Source of the DNA: Caldimicrobium thiodismutans
GTDB taxonomy: Bacteria > Desulfobacterota > Thermodesulfobacteria > Thermodesulfobacteriales > Thermodesulfobacteriaceae
Length of the DNA: 32,000 nt
Direction of reading: 5' to 3'
Assembly (NCBI RefSeq): GCF_001548275.1
Contig: NZ_AP014945.1
Span: forward strand, 1,290,001 to 1,322,000
Shown here: positions 1 through 9,808 of the stretch, one piece after another
Position numbering within the stretch: position 1 is the stretch's first letter
Layout of the letters: the number at the start of each line of letters is the position of its first letter
Made by a program: the position numbers and the translations under genes
The notes under the pieces: generated by a model
What the model saw: only the letters and a program-made list of their open reading frames with translations
Told to the model about the DNA's origin: nothing
Databases searched by the model: none

Positions 1-1
1 T

Positions 2-301
2 CCTCAAAAGCCCTTGCCTGCACCTTCAATAAGGGTTCAAAAACCAAAGGAAGAAAAGGAATCAATACTTTCTAAAATAAACCCCTTTAGAGCTCTCTCT
101 AAACTCCTTCCTCGCAAAGAAGAGCCTTTAAAGATAAAGATCCAGGTCCCTCCTCCCCCGCAACCTCCTTTTTCCTCTCCTCAGATCTCCAGTTCCCAGC
201 CCCTTCAGCCCTTTTCTCAACCCCTTCAGCCACAACCTTTACCTTCCCCACCTCCTTCTCAACCTCCCGCCTCAGGCTCTTCCCCCTGGCAGTGGTTTTA
301 A
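2..301 (+). CDS. Pro/Gln/Ser-rich low-complexity protein, C-terminal fragment (5' end outside window)
   Basis: The frame is open from the window edge (codons from nt 2), so TTG at 14 is probably internal. Product contains PPPPQPPFSSPQISSSQPLQPFSQPLQPQPLPSPPPSQPP. Stop TAA at 299-301. Confidence 0.4.
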   Translation, partial: PQKPLPAPSIRVQKPKEEKESILSKINPFRALSKLLPRKEEPLKIKIQVPPPPQPPFSSPQISSSQPLQPFSQPLQPQPLPSPPPSQPPASGSSPWQWF

Positions 302-350
302 AAATTCCCTCTATACAAATTTGAAAAATTCAATATAATTGTTTTTTAAT

Positions 351-650
351 ATGCCCAAGCCATCTCAAATTATTATAAAACCCTATTCCAAGAGAAAAAA
401 GAAAAAAAGACTTAGAAGAATTCTTTTAGGCATGCTCACTGTTCTGGTCTTTGTTATCCTTACTATTTATATATTTTTAAGCTGGCTTATTAAAAAGGAA
501 GGAAAGGAACTTGAAAAACTTAGATCTGAAAATCAGATTCTTAAAACAGAGATTAAAAAATTCCAGAGTTCAGACCTTGCTTATGAGGAATTTCTCAGAG
601 TTAAAATGGGTTACATCAAGAATGGGGAAAAGGTCATTCAATATAAATAA
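351..650 (+). CDS. FtsB/DivIC-like septum formation initiator (single-TM coiled-coil protein)
   Basis: Basic N-terminus (KRKKKKRLRR), one TM (LLGMLTVLVFVILTIYIFLSWLI), a short coiled coil (LEKLRSENQILKTEIKKF) and a C-terminal RVKMGYIKNGEKV-type tail, as in FtsB/DivIC. ATG at 351 is preferred over the track's TTG at 339. Confidence 0.55.
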   Translation: MPKPSQIIIKPYSKRKKKKRLRRILLGMLTVLVFVILTIYIFLSWLIKKEGKELEKLRSENQILKTEIKKFQSSDLAYEEFLRVKMGYIKNGEKVIQYK

Positions 651-679
651 TTGTGTAGGTATGACTGGGAGGTGAGGTA

Positions 680-1159
680 ATGTTTAAGTGTCAGATAGTT
701 GAAGGCTATTTTGAGGGGCAAGACCTTAATTTAGCCATAGTGGTAAGCAGATTTAATGTCTTTATCACTCAAAAACTTCTGGAGGGGGCTATCGATGTCT
801 TAAGAAGACATCAAGTCTCTGAGGAAAACATTTATATTGCCTGGGTGCCAGGGGCCTTTGAGATACCTCTTGTAGCCAAAAAACTTGCAAGAAGCCAAAG
901 GTTTGATGCGGTAATTTGTCTTGGGGCAATTATTCGGGGGGCAACTCCTCATTTTGATTATGTGGCAGCTGAGGCCTCCAAAGGTATTGCTCAGGTCATG
1001 CTTGAAACAGAAGTGCCGGTTATTTTTGGAATTTTAACTACGGACACCATTGAGCAAGCTATTGAAAGAGCTGGAACTAAGGCAGGTAATAAAGGGGCTG
1101 AAGCTGCCTTTACTGCTCTTGAGGTAGCTAACCTTTTAAAAAGAATTTCCAAACTCTAA
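680..1159 (+). CDS. ribH: 6,7-dimethyl-8-ribityllumazine synthase
   Basis: 159 aa. Contains [17 protein letters not shown] and [14 protein letters not shown], the hallmark lumazine synthase segments. SD GGGAGGTGAGG lies upstream. Confidence 0.95.
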   Translation: MFKCQIVEGYFEGQDLNLAIVVSRFNVFITQKLLEGAIDVLRRHQVSEENIYIAWVPGAFEIPLVAKKLARSQRFDAVICLGAIIRGATPHFDYVAAEASKGIAQVMLETEVPVIFGILTTDTIEQAIERAGTKAGNKGAEAAFTALEVANLLKRISKL

Positions 1160-1171
1160 GGAGGATGGGCC

Positions 1172-2332
1172 ATGAAAACCATAAAAGATTTTAACCTAAA
1201 GGGAAAGAAGGTTTTTATAAGAGTTGATTTCAATGTCCCTATGGATAGGGGGAAAATTCTTGATGACACAAGGATTATTGAAGCCCTCCCTACCATTCAA
1301 TATGCCCTTAATTCGGGAGCAAGGGTTTTTCTTTGTTCCCATCTTGGAAGACCCAAAGGTAAAAGATTGCCTGAGTTTTCATTAAGGCCTGTCTACGAGT
1401 ATTTAAAGGAAAGACTTAAGGCCCCTGTCTATTTTTTGGAGGATCTTTCAGGAGAGAGAGTTGAGAAGATTTTAGCTGAGCTTAAAAATAGCGAGGTTGT
1501 TCTTCTTGAAAATATAAGATTTTATGAAGGGGAAACCAAAAATGACCCCGAGCTTGCCAAAGTTTTAGCTTCATTAGCTGATGTCTATATTAATGATGCC
1601 TTTTCCGTCTGTCACAGAGCCCACGCCTCAGTGGTCGGAGTGGCAGAGTTGGTGAAGGAAAGGGGGATTGGGTTTCTTACGGAGAAAGAACTTAAATATC
1701 TTAATAGAATTGTGGGTAAGCCTGAAAGACCATTTTATGCTATTGTGGGAGGAAGCAAGGTTTCAACAAAGATAGGGGTTCTTAAAAATCTCTTGAATAA
1801 GATTGATAAACTCATTATCGGAGGAGCTATGGCTAATACCTTTCTTTCTGCCATCGGATATAAGGTGGGGGCCTCTTTTGTAGAAGAGGACTATCTTGAG
1901 ACAGCTCGGGAGATTCTTAAGGAGGCCAAAGAGCAGGATGTGAAAATCTATTTGCCTGTGGATGCGGTTGTGGAAAGAGAGGGAGAGCCCTATCTTGTTA
2001 CTCTGGATGAGATTGAGGAGGGAGATAAAATTTATGATATAGGGGAAGAAACAGTTGGTCTATTTTCTTCTGCCCTTGAGGGTGCTAAGACCGTTATCTG
2101 GAATGGGCCGCTTGGCTTTTTTGAAAAAGAGCCCTTTGATCTTGGAACTATTGCCTTAGCAAGGGCAGTGGCTACCCTCTCAGGAGTGACAGTAGCAGGA
2201 GGAGGTGACACCCTTTCTGCTCTAAAAAAGGCAGGAGTAACCTATGCCTTTTCTCATACCTCAACTGCAGGGGGAGCCTTCCTTGAATACTTGGAGGGAA
2301 AAGACTTGCCTGGTCTTGGGGTTTTAAAATAG
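1172..2332 (+). CDS. pgk: phosphoglycerate kinase
   Basis: 386 aa. Contains RVDFNVP, SHLGRPKG, ENIRF, a GGAMANTF-type segment and a C-terminal STAGGAFLEYLEGK.LPG. SD AAGGAGG upstream. Confidence 0.97.
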   Translation: MKTIKDFNLKGKKVFIRVDFNVPMDRGKILDDTRIIEALPTIQYALNSGARVFLCSHLGRPKGKRLPEFSLRPVYEYLKERLKAPVYFLEDLSGERVEKILAELKNSEVVLLENIRFYEGETKNDPELAKVLASLADVYINDAFSVCHRAHASVVGVAELVKERGIGFLTEKELKYLNRIVGKPERPFYAIVGGSKVSTKIGVLKNLLNKIDKLIIGGAMANTFLSAIGYKVGASFVEEDYLETAREILKEAKEQDVKIYLPVDAVVEREGEPYLVTLDEIEEGDKIYDIGEETVGLFSSALEGAKTVIWNGPLGFFEKEPFDLGTIALARAVATLSGVTVAGGGDTLSALKKAGVTYAFSHTSTAGGAFLEYLEGKDLPGLGVLK

Positions 2333-2348
2333 ATTCAGGAGCTCGGCT

Positions 2349-3110
2349 ATGCGAAAGGCCCTTTTTCTTGGTAACTGGAAAATGCACCACACTATTCTTG
2401 AGACAAAATCCTATTTTGAAAAATTTTTACGCCTCCTTTTAAAGCATAATTTTTCAGACAGAACTGTAGGCATAGCTCCACCTTTTACCAGTCTTTTTTA
2501 TGTCCATTCCCTTCTCAAGGAAACCCCTGTAAAACTCTGTGCCCAAAATGCTCATTTTGAAGAAAAAGGGCCTTTTACAGGTGAGATCTCCCCTTTAATG
2601 CTTAAGGAGCTTGAAGTGGAATATGTTATTCTCGGTCACTCGGAAAGAAGACATCTCTTTGGTGAGGGAGATGAACTTATCCAAAGAAGGGTTGAAGGAG
2701 TTTACAGGGCAGGTCTCGTTCCCATTCTTTGTGTAGGAGAGACTTTAAATGAGAGAAAAGAGGGGAAAACCTTTGAAAGGGTAGAAACCCAGTTAAAAAA
2801 GGGACTTGCTGGCTTAAAGGAGATTAATCCAGAAAGAATTGTAATTGCCTATGAACCGGTCTGGGCTATTGGAACTGGCGTTAATGCAACCCCTTCACAG
2901 GCAGAAGAAGTGCATAATTTTATTCGGGGGCTCTTAGAAGAGCTTTATGATGAGGAAAGGGCCAAAAGAATTCGCATACTTTATGGAGGGAGCGTTACTC
3001 CTGAAAATGTCAATGAGCTAATGAGAGAACCTAATATAGATGGGGTTCTTGTGGGAGGAGCCTCTCTGGATCCCGAAAAATTTTTTAAGATTTGCTCTAT
3101 AAATCTTTAA
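2349..3110 (+). CDS. tpiA: triosephosphate isomerase
   Basis: 253 aa. Contains GNWKMH, ILGHSERR, AYEPVWAIGTG and YGGSV motifs. Confidence 0.97.
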   Translation: MRKALFLGNWKMHHTILETKSYFEKFLRLLLKHNFSDRTVGIAPPFTSLFYVHSLLKETPVKLCAQNAHFEEKGPFTGEISPLMLKELEVEYVILGHSERRHLFGEGDELIQRRVEGVYRAGLVPILCVGETLNERKEGKTFERVETQLKKGLAGLKEINPERIVIAYEPVWAIGTGVNATPSQAEEVHNFIRGLLEELYDEERAKRIRILYGGSVTPENVNELMREPNIDGVLVGGASLDPEKFFKICSINL

Positions 3111-3126
3111 AAGAGAGGTGGTTAAA

Positions 3127-3567
3127 ATGGAATGTCCTCTTCCTGATTATTCCAATGTCCCTCCAGATATTCTTGAGATTCCAAGGACTTATAAGAGACT
3201 TGTAATAGTTGGAGCAAGCCCTAAACCTGAACGGCCAAGTTATATGGTTATGGAATATCTCCTTAAAGAGGGCTTTGATGTAATTCCTGTTAATCCAGCC
3301 CACAAAGAGATTCTTGGAAAAACCACTTATCCTGATCTGGAAAGTCTGCCTACAGATTTTAAACCTGAGGTAATTATTATCTTCAGAAGAAGTGAAGAGG
3401 TCTTACCTATTGTAGAAAGGGCCATTAAACTTAATCCTCGTGTAATCTGGATGCAAGAAGGAATTGCCAATGAGGAGGCTAAGGCCTTAGCTGAAGCCCA
3501 TGGCATAAAGGTGGTGATGAACAGGTGTTTTAAAAAGGTGCATAAACTTAGTCAATGGAGCTCATAA
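3127..3567 (+). CDS. CoA-binding domain protein (YccU/YneT-like)
   Basis: VIVGASPKPERPSYMVMEYLLKEGFDVIPVNP, then IIFRRSE and VIWMQEG, typical of the small CoA-binding Rossmann family. ATG at 3127 sits 8 nt after AGAGAGG and is preferred over GTG at 3118. Confidence 0.8.
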   Translation: MECPLPDYSNVPPDILEIPRTYKRLVIVGASPKPERPSYMVMEYLLKEGFDVIPVNPAHKEILGKTTYPDLESLPTDFKPEVIIIFRRSEEVLPIVERAIKLNPRVIWMQEGIANEEAKALAEAHGIKVVMNRCFKKVHKLSQWSS

Positions 3568-4241
3568 AGTCAACTTCAGAGCTTTCAACTAAATTAGAGG
3601 CCTTACGAAAGCTTCTTCTTTATAAAAGGGAAGAGCTTTCAACTTTTCAGCTTTCCCAGGTCTCCCTTCAAATCCTTTTGTTTGTGCGGGAAAATCCTCT
3701 ACCTTTAAATGAACTTTTTCTTGAATTTTTGATAAGACTCTCCTATGCCCTTTATATAAAGAGCCAACTTCTTTTAAATCTTCCTTTTAATGGAGAAGAG
3801 GAAGAAATTACAGAGCCTGCCTTTCCAGAAAAGAGAAGGGTCTTTGCTCTTTATCAGGTTCTTCCTCTTAATCGAGCCCTTGAGGAAGAAGTTTTTTTAC
3901 CTCGGGTAAATGGCTTTACAGAGATTCAAAGCGTAGAAGAAAGAGGAGACTTAAATCTCCTATTATCTGCCCTTCTTAAGGTGCTTGAAAAGGCTAAAGC
4001 AGAACCAGAGCTTTACTTGGAATTTGAAAAAAGATCACTCGATGAATATCTGGAGGATTTGAGAGATTTTCTTCATTATCAAAGGATTATAAGCTGGAAA
4101 GAGTTTATTCAGAAAAAGGAAATACAGGAAAAGTTGGATCTAATCTACTATTTTTTGGCCTTGCTTTTTCTTGTCTTCTATGGGGAGGCAGGCATCTATC
4201 AAAAAGAAAGCGAAGATTTTCAGATTTTTCTAAAGAAGTAA
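3555..4241 (+). CDS. ScpA-like segregation and condensation protein (divergent)
   Basis: 228 aa. LSYALYIKSQLLLNLP resembles the ScpA ..L.EIKS..LLP segment. C-terminal LIYYFLALLFLVFYGEAGIYQKESEDFQIFL resembles the ScpA winged-helix tail (FLALLEL...Q.e.FgeI.i). The N-terminus is divergent. Overlaps the upstream gene by 13 nt. Confidence 0.5.
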   Translation: MELIKSTSELSTKLEALRKLLLYKREELSTFQLSQVSLQILLFVRENPLPLNELFLEFLIRLSYALYIKSQLLLNLPFNGEEEEITEPAFPEKRRVFALYQVLPLNRALEEEVFLPRVNGFTEIQSVEERGDLNLLLSALLKVLEKAKAEPELYLEFEKRSLDEYLEDLRDFLHYQRIISWKEFIQKKEIQEKLDLIYYFLALLFLVFYGEAGIYQKESEDFQIFLKK

Positions 4242-4293
4242 AAATTTGTTTCAGCACAAAAAAAGGGGAAAAAGACCTCAAAATTTCCTAAAA

Positions 4294-4358
4294 TTCTCCA
4301 TAATTCATTAAAATGTTATAATCCTGTGGTTGACAAATTGGGTCAAATAACTTAAAAA
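4294..4358 (+). promoter_or_regulatory. candidate sigma-70 promoter(s) for the ferredoxin-nuo operon
   Basis: Extended -10 TGTTATAAT at 4314-4322, with a weak -35 TTCTCC at 4294-4299 (17-nt spacer to the TATAAT). A second candidate is a perfect TTGACA at 4330-4335 with TAAAAA at 4353-4358 (17-nt spacer). The 127-nt gap here is among the longest intergenic gaps in the window. Confidence 0.35.
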
Positions 4359-4368
4359 GAGACTTGTT

Positions 4369-4782
4369 ATGACTTACACCATTGTTCATATCATTGAGAA
4401 GTGCACAGGTTGTGAGGAATGTGTTAAGGCCTGTGCAGAGGGGCATGAGGGCCTTTCCAATTGTCGTATCTTTAAAGTAGGGCCTAAGTTTGCCTATTTT
4501 GCCTGTTTACAGTGTAAAAAACCTCAGTGTGCCTCAGCCTGTCCGGTTGCAGCCCTTATCCGTAAAGGAGAGGTGGTTGCCTTTTATAAGGATCTTTGTG
4601 TGGGCTGTAAAAATTGTGTAGAGGCTTGTCCCTGGGGTGTTCCGAGATTTAATTTCAATACCGGGACTGTAGAAAAGTGTGATCTTTGTATAGCCAGAAT
4701 GGAAAAGGGTGAAAAGCCCTATTGTGTATCTGCCTGTCCTAATGAAGCCCTTGAAATAAAAGAAACCACCGCAAAGGAGTAA
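4369..4782 (+). CDS. four-cluster [4Fe-4S] ferredoxin (HycB/HydN/DmsB-type electron-transfer protein), no signal peptide
   Basis: Four Cys groups: CTGCEECVKAC, CLQCKKPQCASACP, CVGCKNCVEACP and CDLCIARMEKGEKPYCVSACP. Stop at 4780-4782, 3 nt before the nuoA ATG. The nuoA SD (AAGGAG) lies inside its last codons. Confidence 0.85.
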   Translation: MTYTIVHIIEKCTGCEECVKACAEGHEGLSNCRIFKVGPKFAYFACLQCKKPQCASACPVAALIRKGEVVAFYKDLCVGCKNCVEACPWGVPRFNFNTGTVEKCDLCIARMEKGEKPYCVSACPNEALEIKETTAKE

Positions 4783-4785
4783 GAT

Positions 4786-5139
4786 ATGGGAACCATGCTT
4801 CCCTTTTTGATTTTTGCAGGGCTTGTTTTGATAATAGGCCTTGCCATGCTTCTTGGCAATAAGATTCTCTCTGTTAAAAGACCAACACCTGAAAAACTGA
4901 TCCCCTATGAATGCGGAATAGACCCTTCTGGGGATACCAAGGTTCCCTTTAGAGTAAAATTTTATCTCATTGCTTTAATATTTCTCATCTTTGATGTAGA
5001 AGTTGTTTTTATTTATCCCTGGGCTGTTGTCTTTGAAGAGCTTGCTTGGTTTGGTTTTGTTGAAATAGCCATATTTGTGATCTTGCTATTAGGAGCCTAT
5101 CTTTATGCTTTAAATGAAGGAGCGCTTCAATGGGAATAG
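4786..5139 (+). CDS. nuoA: NADH-quinone oxidoreductase (complex I) subunit A
   Basis: 117 aa, 3 TM. Contains YECG..P.G and [14 protein letters not shown] motifs. Confidence 0.9.
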   Translation: MGTMLPFLIFAGLVLIIGLAMLLGNKILSVKRPTPEKLIPYECGIDPSGDTKVPFRVKFYLIALIFLIFDVEVVFIYPWAVVFEELAWFGFVEIAIFVILLLGAYLYALNEGALQWE

Positions 5140-5645
5140 AGAAATTAACCTCTGAGGTTGCCCCCAAGGTTAGACAGATTCCTGGAACACCAGTTATTAT
5201 TTCTCCATTGGATGAGATCTTTAACTGGGCAAGGGCAAGTTCTATCTGGCCTATGACCTTTGGGCTTGCTTGTTGTGCTATTGAAATGATGGCTACAGGA
5301 GCCAGTCATTTTGACTTAGATAGATTTGGAATAATTTTTAGAGCGACACCTCGTCAGGCAGATTGTATTATTGTTGCAGGAACTGTTACTAAAAAGATGG
5401 CCCCGGCAGTTAAAAGGGTCTACGAGCAGATGCCAGAGCCAAAGTATGTAATTGCCATGGGGAGTTGTGCCTGTTCAGGGGGAATTTTTAAGACCTATTC
5501 CACAGTTCAAGGGGTAGATGAGTTTCTGCCAGTAGATGTTTATATACCAGGGTGTCCTCCAAGACCAGAGGCCTTAATTTTTGGTTTGCTTAAGCTTCAG
5601 GAAAAGATGAAAAAAGAAAGAGGAAGATGGGGTTTCTGGAGATAA
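5130..5645 (+). CDS. nuoB: complex I subunit B (N2 cluster subunit)
   Basis: [24 protein letters not shown] and IPGCPPRPE Cys motifs. Overlaps nuoA by 10 nt. Confidence 0.95.
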   Translation: MGIEKLTSEVAPKVRQIPGTPVIISPLDEIFNWARASSIWPMTFGLACCAIEMMATGASHFDLDRFGIIFRATPRQADCIIVAGTVTKKMAPAVKRVYEQMPEPKYVIAMGSCACSGGIFKTYSTVQGVDEFLPVDVYIPGCPPRPEALIFGLLKLQEKMKKERGRWGFWR

Positions 5646-5648
5646 ACT

Positions 5649-6164
5649 ATGGAAGATTTTTTGAAAGAGCTTAAAGAAAGGTTTGAAAAATTTATCTTAA
5701 GGGTTGAAGAAAAGGATGCTCCAATTTTAGTTGTTAAAAGAGAGGGCTTTCTTGAGGTAGTAAAGGCTTTGCGGGAAGAGGGTTATAATCATCTTATTGA
5801 TCTTTGTGGGGTTGATTTTCTGAATTTTAAACCTGAAAAGAAGGATGAGCGCTTTGAGGTGGTATATCATTTTTATAGCATAGAGAAAAGAGCCCTTTTG
5901 CGAGTAAAAGTTCCCATTCCTGAGAATGACTGTTGGCAATATAGCTTAGCTCCTCTTTGGAAGACCGCTAACTGGTTTGAAAGGGAATGTTTTGATATGT
6001 TTGGGATTAAATTTAAAGGACATCCAGATCTCAGGCGACTTCTCATGCCTGAGGATTGGGAAGGGTATCCATTACGCAAGGACTATCCTCTTTTTCTTGA
6101 GGAAGAAAAGGAGTGGAAGGTCTATAAGGAGCTTAAGGCAAGGGCTAAAGGAGCCAAGGCATGA
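5649..6164 (+). CDS. nuoC: complex I subunit C (30 kDa)
   Basis: Contains [24 protein letters not shown] and PLRKDYP. Confidence 0.93.
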   Translation: MEDFLKELKERFEKFILRVEEKDAPILVVKREGFLEVVKALREEGYNHLIDLCGVDFLNFKPEKKDERFEVVYHFYSIEKRALLRVKVPIPENDCWQYSLAPLWKTANWFERECFDMFGIKFKGHPDLRRLLMPEDWEGYPLRKDYPLFLEEEKEWKVYKELKARAKGAKA

Positions 6165-7393
6165 GCACTGCTTTAATTGAAGTTACTTCAAAACAAAAAG
6201 ACAGTAATTACTGGGAAGAACCCTTTTATATAAATATGGGGCCTCAGCATCCCTCAACCCATGGGGTTCTTAGGCTTGTTCTTGAGCTGGACGGAGAAAC
6301 TATCGTTAATTGCGATCCTCGTATCGGATATCTTCATAGAGGAGTGGAGAAACTCAGTGAGAATTTAAACTATAATCAAACTATAACTCTAAGTGACCGT
6401 TTAGACTACATTGCATCTGCAGCCAATAATACAGTCTTTTGCCTTGCCTTTGAAAAACTCTTTGGTCTTGAGGTTCCAAGGAGAGCCAAGCTTTTACGAA
6501 CTATTGTTAACGAAATGGCAAGGATCTCAAGCCATCTTTTGTGGTTAGCAACCCATGCCCTTGATATTGGGGCCATGACAGTCTTTCTTTATTGTTTTAG
6601 AGACCGTGAGTGGCTTTTAAATATCTTTGAAAAGATCTGTGGAGCAAGGCTCACACATACATATGTGCGTGTTGGAGGAGTAAGGCAGGACTTTACTCAG
6701 GAAATTATAGATGACCTTTATAGATTTACTGAGGAGTTTCCTTCTCGCATCCTTGAGTATGAGACCCTGATTGATGTCAATAGAATCTGGCTTAAAAGAA
6801 CCAAAGATATAGCGGTTGTCTCAGTAGAGGAGGCGATAAATCTTGGTCTTACAGGCCCGGTTCTTAGAGGCTCAGGGATACCTTATGATGTAAGGAAATT
6901 TAGGCCTTATGATAGCTATTCTGAAGTAGAATTTGAAGTTCCAACAGGAGAGAGAGGAGATACCTACGATAGATACCGTGTAAGAATGATAGAGTTAAGA
7001 CAATCTAACTGGATAATAAAGCAGTGCTTAGATAAGCTTTCTGAAACAGAGGGAGAGTCCATTCTGGCTGAGGGATCGCCTGACCTTCTTATTCCAGAAA
7101 AGGTTAAAGAGCCTGAACCAAAGCCCCATCCCAAAAAAGGCTTTATCTTTACAGGAAAAGATATTGGAGCTTTACCTCCTGGAGAAGCTTTTGCAAGTAT
7201 TGAATCTCCCAAAGGTGAGCTTGCAGTTTATGTAGTTAGTGATGGAACTAATAAGCCCTGGAGGCTTAGAATTAGGACTCCATCTTTTGTGCATATTTCA
7301 GCCATTCCTGCCCTTACTAAGGGGCATTTGATTGCAGACCTGATAGCTATTATTGGGACCTTAGATGTAGTTTTAGGTGATTGTGATAGATAG
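6161..7393 (+). CDS. nuoD: complex I subunit D (49 kDa)
   Basis: Contains [31 protein letters not shown] and a C-terminal [13 protein letters not shown] overlap with nuoC. Confidence 0.95.
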   Translation: MSTALIEVTSKQKDSNYWEEPFYINMGPQHPSTHGVLRLVLELDGETIVNCDPRIGYLHRGVEKLSENLNYNQTITLSDRLDYIASAANNTVFCLAFEKLFGLEVPRRAKLLRTIVNEMARISSHLLWLATHALDIGAMTVFLYCFRDREWLLNIFEKICGARLTHTYVRVGGVRQDFTQEIIDDLYRFTEEFPSRILEYETLIDVNRIWLKRTKDIAVVSVEEAINLGLTGPVLRGSGIPYDVRKFRPYDSYSEVEFEVPTGERGDTYDRYRVRMIELRQSNWIIKQCLDKLSETEGESILAEGSPDLLIPEKVKEPEPKPHPKKGFIFTGKDIGALPPGEAFASIESPKGELAVYVVSDGTNKPWRLRIRTPSFVHISAIPALTKGHLIADLIAIIGTLDVVLGDCDR

Positions 7394-7432
7394 CTTTTTA
7401 AGTTTTTTTGGTTTTGAGAGGGGAGGGGGAGA

Positions 7433-8416
7433 ATGGATTTATCTTGGCTTACTGCTGTTCTTCTATTGATAATATTTTCCTTAGTCCTTCTTATATTAGC
7501 TCTCCTACATGTGGCCTATCTAACTTATGCAGAGAGAAAAATTATTGCAAGAATGCAGCAAAGACTTGGGCCAAACCGAGTTGGCCCCCGGGGACTACTC
7601 CAGCCTATAGCAGATGTTCTGAAACTTATTCAGAAGGAAGATATTGTTCATCCTCATGTTGATAGGCCTCTTTTTGCCATAGCTCCTCTTGTCTCCTTAG
7701 TATGTGCTGCAACAGGGCTTTCTTTAATACCTCTCTGGGATAGATTTGTCCTGAGTAATTTCAATGTAGGTCTCCTTTTTATTTTGGCCTTAAGTTCATT
7801 GAGTGCTTATGGGGTTATTCTTTCTGGTTGGGCATCAAATTCAAGGTATGCCTTTCTTGGTGCTTTAAGAGCCAGTGCTCAGGTAATAAGTTATGAGATA
7901 GCTATGTCCTTAGCACTTTTGTCAATAGTTCTTATGGCTGGGTCCTTTAATCTTCAGGAGATTGTGAAGGCTCAAGTAGCAAGCCCCTTTAAAATTAATC
8001 TTATCCCTCAAATAGTAGCCTTTTTTGTTTTTATGATCTCAGCTATTGCAGAAACTAATCGGGTGCCCTTTGATTTACCTGAAGCTGAGACTGAACTTGT
8101 TGCAGGATATTTTACTGAGTATAGCGGGATTCGTTTTGCCCTCTTCTATTTAGCTGAATATTACGGGATGGTTGTAATGAGTGCCCTTGCAGTAACATGT
8201 TTTCTGGGTGGTTATGCAGGGCCTTTTGAGGTGCCAGGGCTTCCCTTCTTTTGGTTTCTATTGAAACTCTATGTCCTACTTTTCTTTTATATCTGGGTCA
8301 GGGCTACCCTTCCCCGTTATAGATACGACCAGCTGATGAGTCTTGGCTGGAAAATACTTATTCCTCTTGCCCTTGTAAATCTCTTTGTAACTGCCTTTAT
8401 AAAACTAATGTTTTGA
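7433..8416 (+). CDS. nuoH: complex I subunit H
   Basis: Contains ERK..ARMQ.R.GPNRVGP.GLLQP.AD..K, GWASNS.YA.LGALR and ETNR.PFDLPEAE.ELV.G. SD GGGAGGGGGAG upstream. Starts only 39 nt after the nuoD stop. Confidence 0.95.
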   Translation: MDLSWLTAVLLLIIFSLVLLILALLHVAYLTYAERKIIARMQQRLGPNRVGPRGLLQPIADVLKLIQKEDIVHPHVDRPLFAIAPLVSLVCAATGLSLIPLWDRFVLSNFNVGLLFILALSSLSAYGVILSGWASNSRYAFLGALRASAQVISYEIAMSLALLSIVLMAGSFNLQEIVKAQVASPFKINLIPQIVAFFVFMISAIAETNRVPFDLPEAETELVAGYFTEYSGIRFALFYLAEYYGMVVMSALAVTCFLGGYAGPFEVPGLPFFWFLLKLYVLLFFYIWVRATLPRYRYDQLMSLGWKILIPLALVNLFVTAFIKLMF

Positions 8417-8428
8417 GAGGTTTAAGGC

Positions 8429-8971
8429 ATGAAACTGCTTGAAAAGATTTTACTTATTGAGATCTGGAAGGGACTCCTTTTAACCCTTAAAAAGCTTCTT
8501 CTGGATAAACCAGTTACCATCCAATATCCTGAAAAAGATAAGGTTATTCCAGCTCCTGGGTTCAGGGGAAGACATGCCCTTGTTAGAGACCCTCAGAGTG
8601 GGGATACCCTCTGTATAGCCTGTATGAGATGTGCCAGGGTCTGTCCCTCTCAATGTATATATATTGAGTATGAAATAGATGCTGAGACTAAAAAAAGAAA
8701 AGTAAAGAGATACGATATTGAGGCCTTAAGGTGCGTCTACTGTGGCTATTGTGAAGAGGTCTGTCCTGTAAATGCCGTTGTCCTGACCGAGTATTTTGAA
8801 TATGCCGGTTATTCCCGAGATGAGGTCTATTTTGATAAGGATAGGCTTCTTAAGAACTGGGATGAATTTATTGCAACCCAGAAGAGACCGTATCTTAACC
8901 CCTTCTGGAAACCAAGGGGTCTTCCTGAAAAATATCTGCCTGTTAGAAAGAGAAACTTTACAGGGGTTTAG
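8429..8971 (+). CDS. nuoI: complex I subunit I (2x[4Fe-4S])
   Basis: Contains T.QYPE, CIACMRCARVCP and CVYCGYCEEVCP. Confidence 0.93.
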   Translation: MKLLEKILLIEIWKGLLLTLKKLLLDKPVTIQYPEKDKVIPAPGFRGRHALVRDPQSGDTLCIACMRCARVCPSQCIYIEYEIDAETKKRKVKRYDIEALRCVYCGYCEEVCPVNAVVLTEYFEYAGYSRDEVYFDKDRLLKNWDEFIATQKRPYLNPFWKPRGLPEKYLPVRKRNFTGV

Positions 8972-8975
8972 GCTT

Positions 8976-9500
8976 ATGAACTGGGATATTTTGATTTTTC
9001 TATATTTAGCCTTGGCCATGAGCATTTCAAGTTTGCTGGCAGTTGTATCCAGAAATCCCGTGCATGCGGTCTTATGGGTCTTAGTGATGATTCTCCATCA
9101 GGCCTTTTTGCTCTATACCCTTGGCTCTGAATTTCTTACTGCTGTTCAGATTATCGTTTATGCTGGGGCAGTGCTTGTGCTTTTTCTTTTTGTGGTTTAC
9201 ATGATAAATCTGCGTAAAGAGGAAAGATGGAGGATTTTTATCCAGAGATCTTCTCTTGGCTTAATTGTCTTCTTAGTTTTTGTAGTTCTCTTTTTTAAAA
9301 ATCTTGCCTTTCTTACAGCCCTGAGTCCTTCCTTTCAGGCTGCCTTACCAATGGATCTTAATCAAGGGACAAATCTCTGGTGGATGGCAAGATACCTTTA
9401 TTCCCATTATCTATTCCAGTTTGAAATCATTGGGGTGATTCTTTTGGTGGCAGTGCTTGGGGCTGTTTTTTTGTTAAGAAAATTAAAGGAGGTTGCTTAA
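8976..9500 (+). CDS. nuoJ: complex I subunit J
   Basis: Hydrophobic product starting MNWDILIFLYLALAMSISSLLAVVSRNPVH. ATG at 8976 is 5 nt after the nuoI stop. The track ORF start at 8796 would overlap nuoI by 176 nt and encode non-NuoJ sequence. Confidence 0.85.
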   Translation: MNWDILIFLYLALAMSISSLLAVVSRNPVHAVLWVLVMILHQAFLLYTLGSEFLTAVQIIVYAGAVLVLFLFVVYMINLRKEERWRIFIQRSSLGLIVFLVFVVLFFKNLAFLTALSPSFQAALPMDLNQGTNLWWMARYLYSHYLFQFEIIGVILLVAVLGAVFLLRKLKEVA

Positions 9501-9501
9501 G

Positions 9502-9804
9502 GTGGTTCCCTTTAATTATTATGTGATTTTGAGTCTTTTGCTCTTTCTGATAGGGCTCCTTGGAGTCCTTTTTAGGCGAAATCTCATTATATTACTTGTC
9601 TCTTTAGAAATCATGATGAATGCCTTGATTATCCTTTTTGCAGGTATTTCTCATTATACCAAAGATGTTACAGGTTATTTAATTGTTTTTTTTCTAATAG
9701 GTATGGCGGCAGCAGAGGCTGGAGTTGGGCTCTCTTTAGTGGTTCTTCTTTACAAGAAATTAAAAAAGGTATATGCAGACGAAATAAATTACTTCAGAGG
9801 TTAG
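9502..9804 (+). CDS. nuoK: complex I subunit K
   Basis: About 100 aa, 3 TM, with the LEIMMNA and AAAEAGVGL motifs. GTG at 9502 is 9 nt after AAAGGAGG. The track's TTG at 9493 abuts the SD. Confidence 0.9.
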   Translation: MVPFNYYVILSLLLFLIGLLGVLFRRNLIILLVSLEIMMNALIILFAGISHYTKDVTGYLIVFFLIGMAAAEAGVGLSLVVLLYKKLKKVYADEINYFRG

Positions 9805-9808
9805 AGGT

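Noticed and set aside
160-300. Short CCCCTTCAGCC-type repeats as a possible CRISPR array or tandem-repeat locus
   Set aside because: The repeats are only about 11 nt, lie in frame within a coding low-complexity region and have no spacer architecture. No cas genes occur anywhere in the window.
321-339. TTGAAA and TATAAT hexamers upstream of the FtsB-like gene as a promoter
   Set aside because: The spacer between them is only 7 nt, and no properly spaced -35 element exists. There is not enough support to list a promoter.
2172-2390. 72-aa minus-strand ORF spanning the pgk-tpiA junction (and 3097-3303 at the tpiA/CoA-binding junction)
   Set aside because: These are antisense to two strongly supported genes. 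They have no SD and no recognisable domain.
7408-7662. 84-aa + strand ORF starting in the nuoD-nuoH gap
   Set aside because: It is out of frame with and overlaps nuoH, whose ATG at 7433 has a proper SD and a canonical NuoH N-terminus. The translation is Cys/Ser-rich nonsense.
8796-8975. 60-codon N-terminal extension of the nuoJ ORF in the track
   Set aside because: It would overlap nuoI by 176 nt in another frame and adds non-hydrophobic sequence unlike NuoJ. The ATG at 8976, just after the nuoI stop, gives a normal NuoJ N-terminus.
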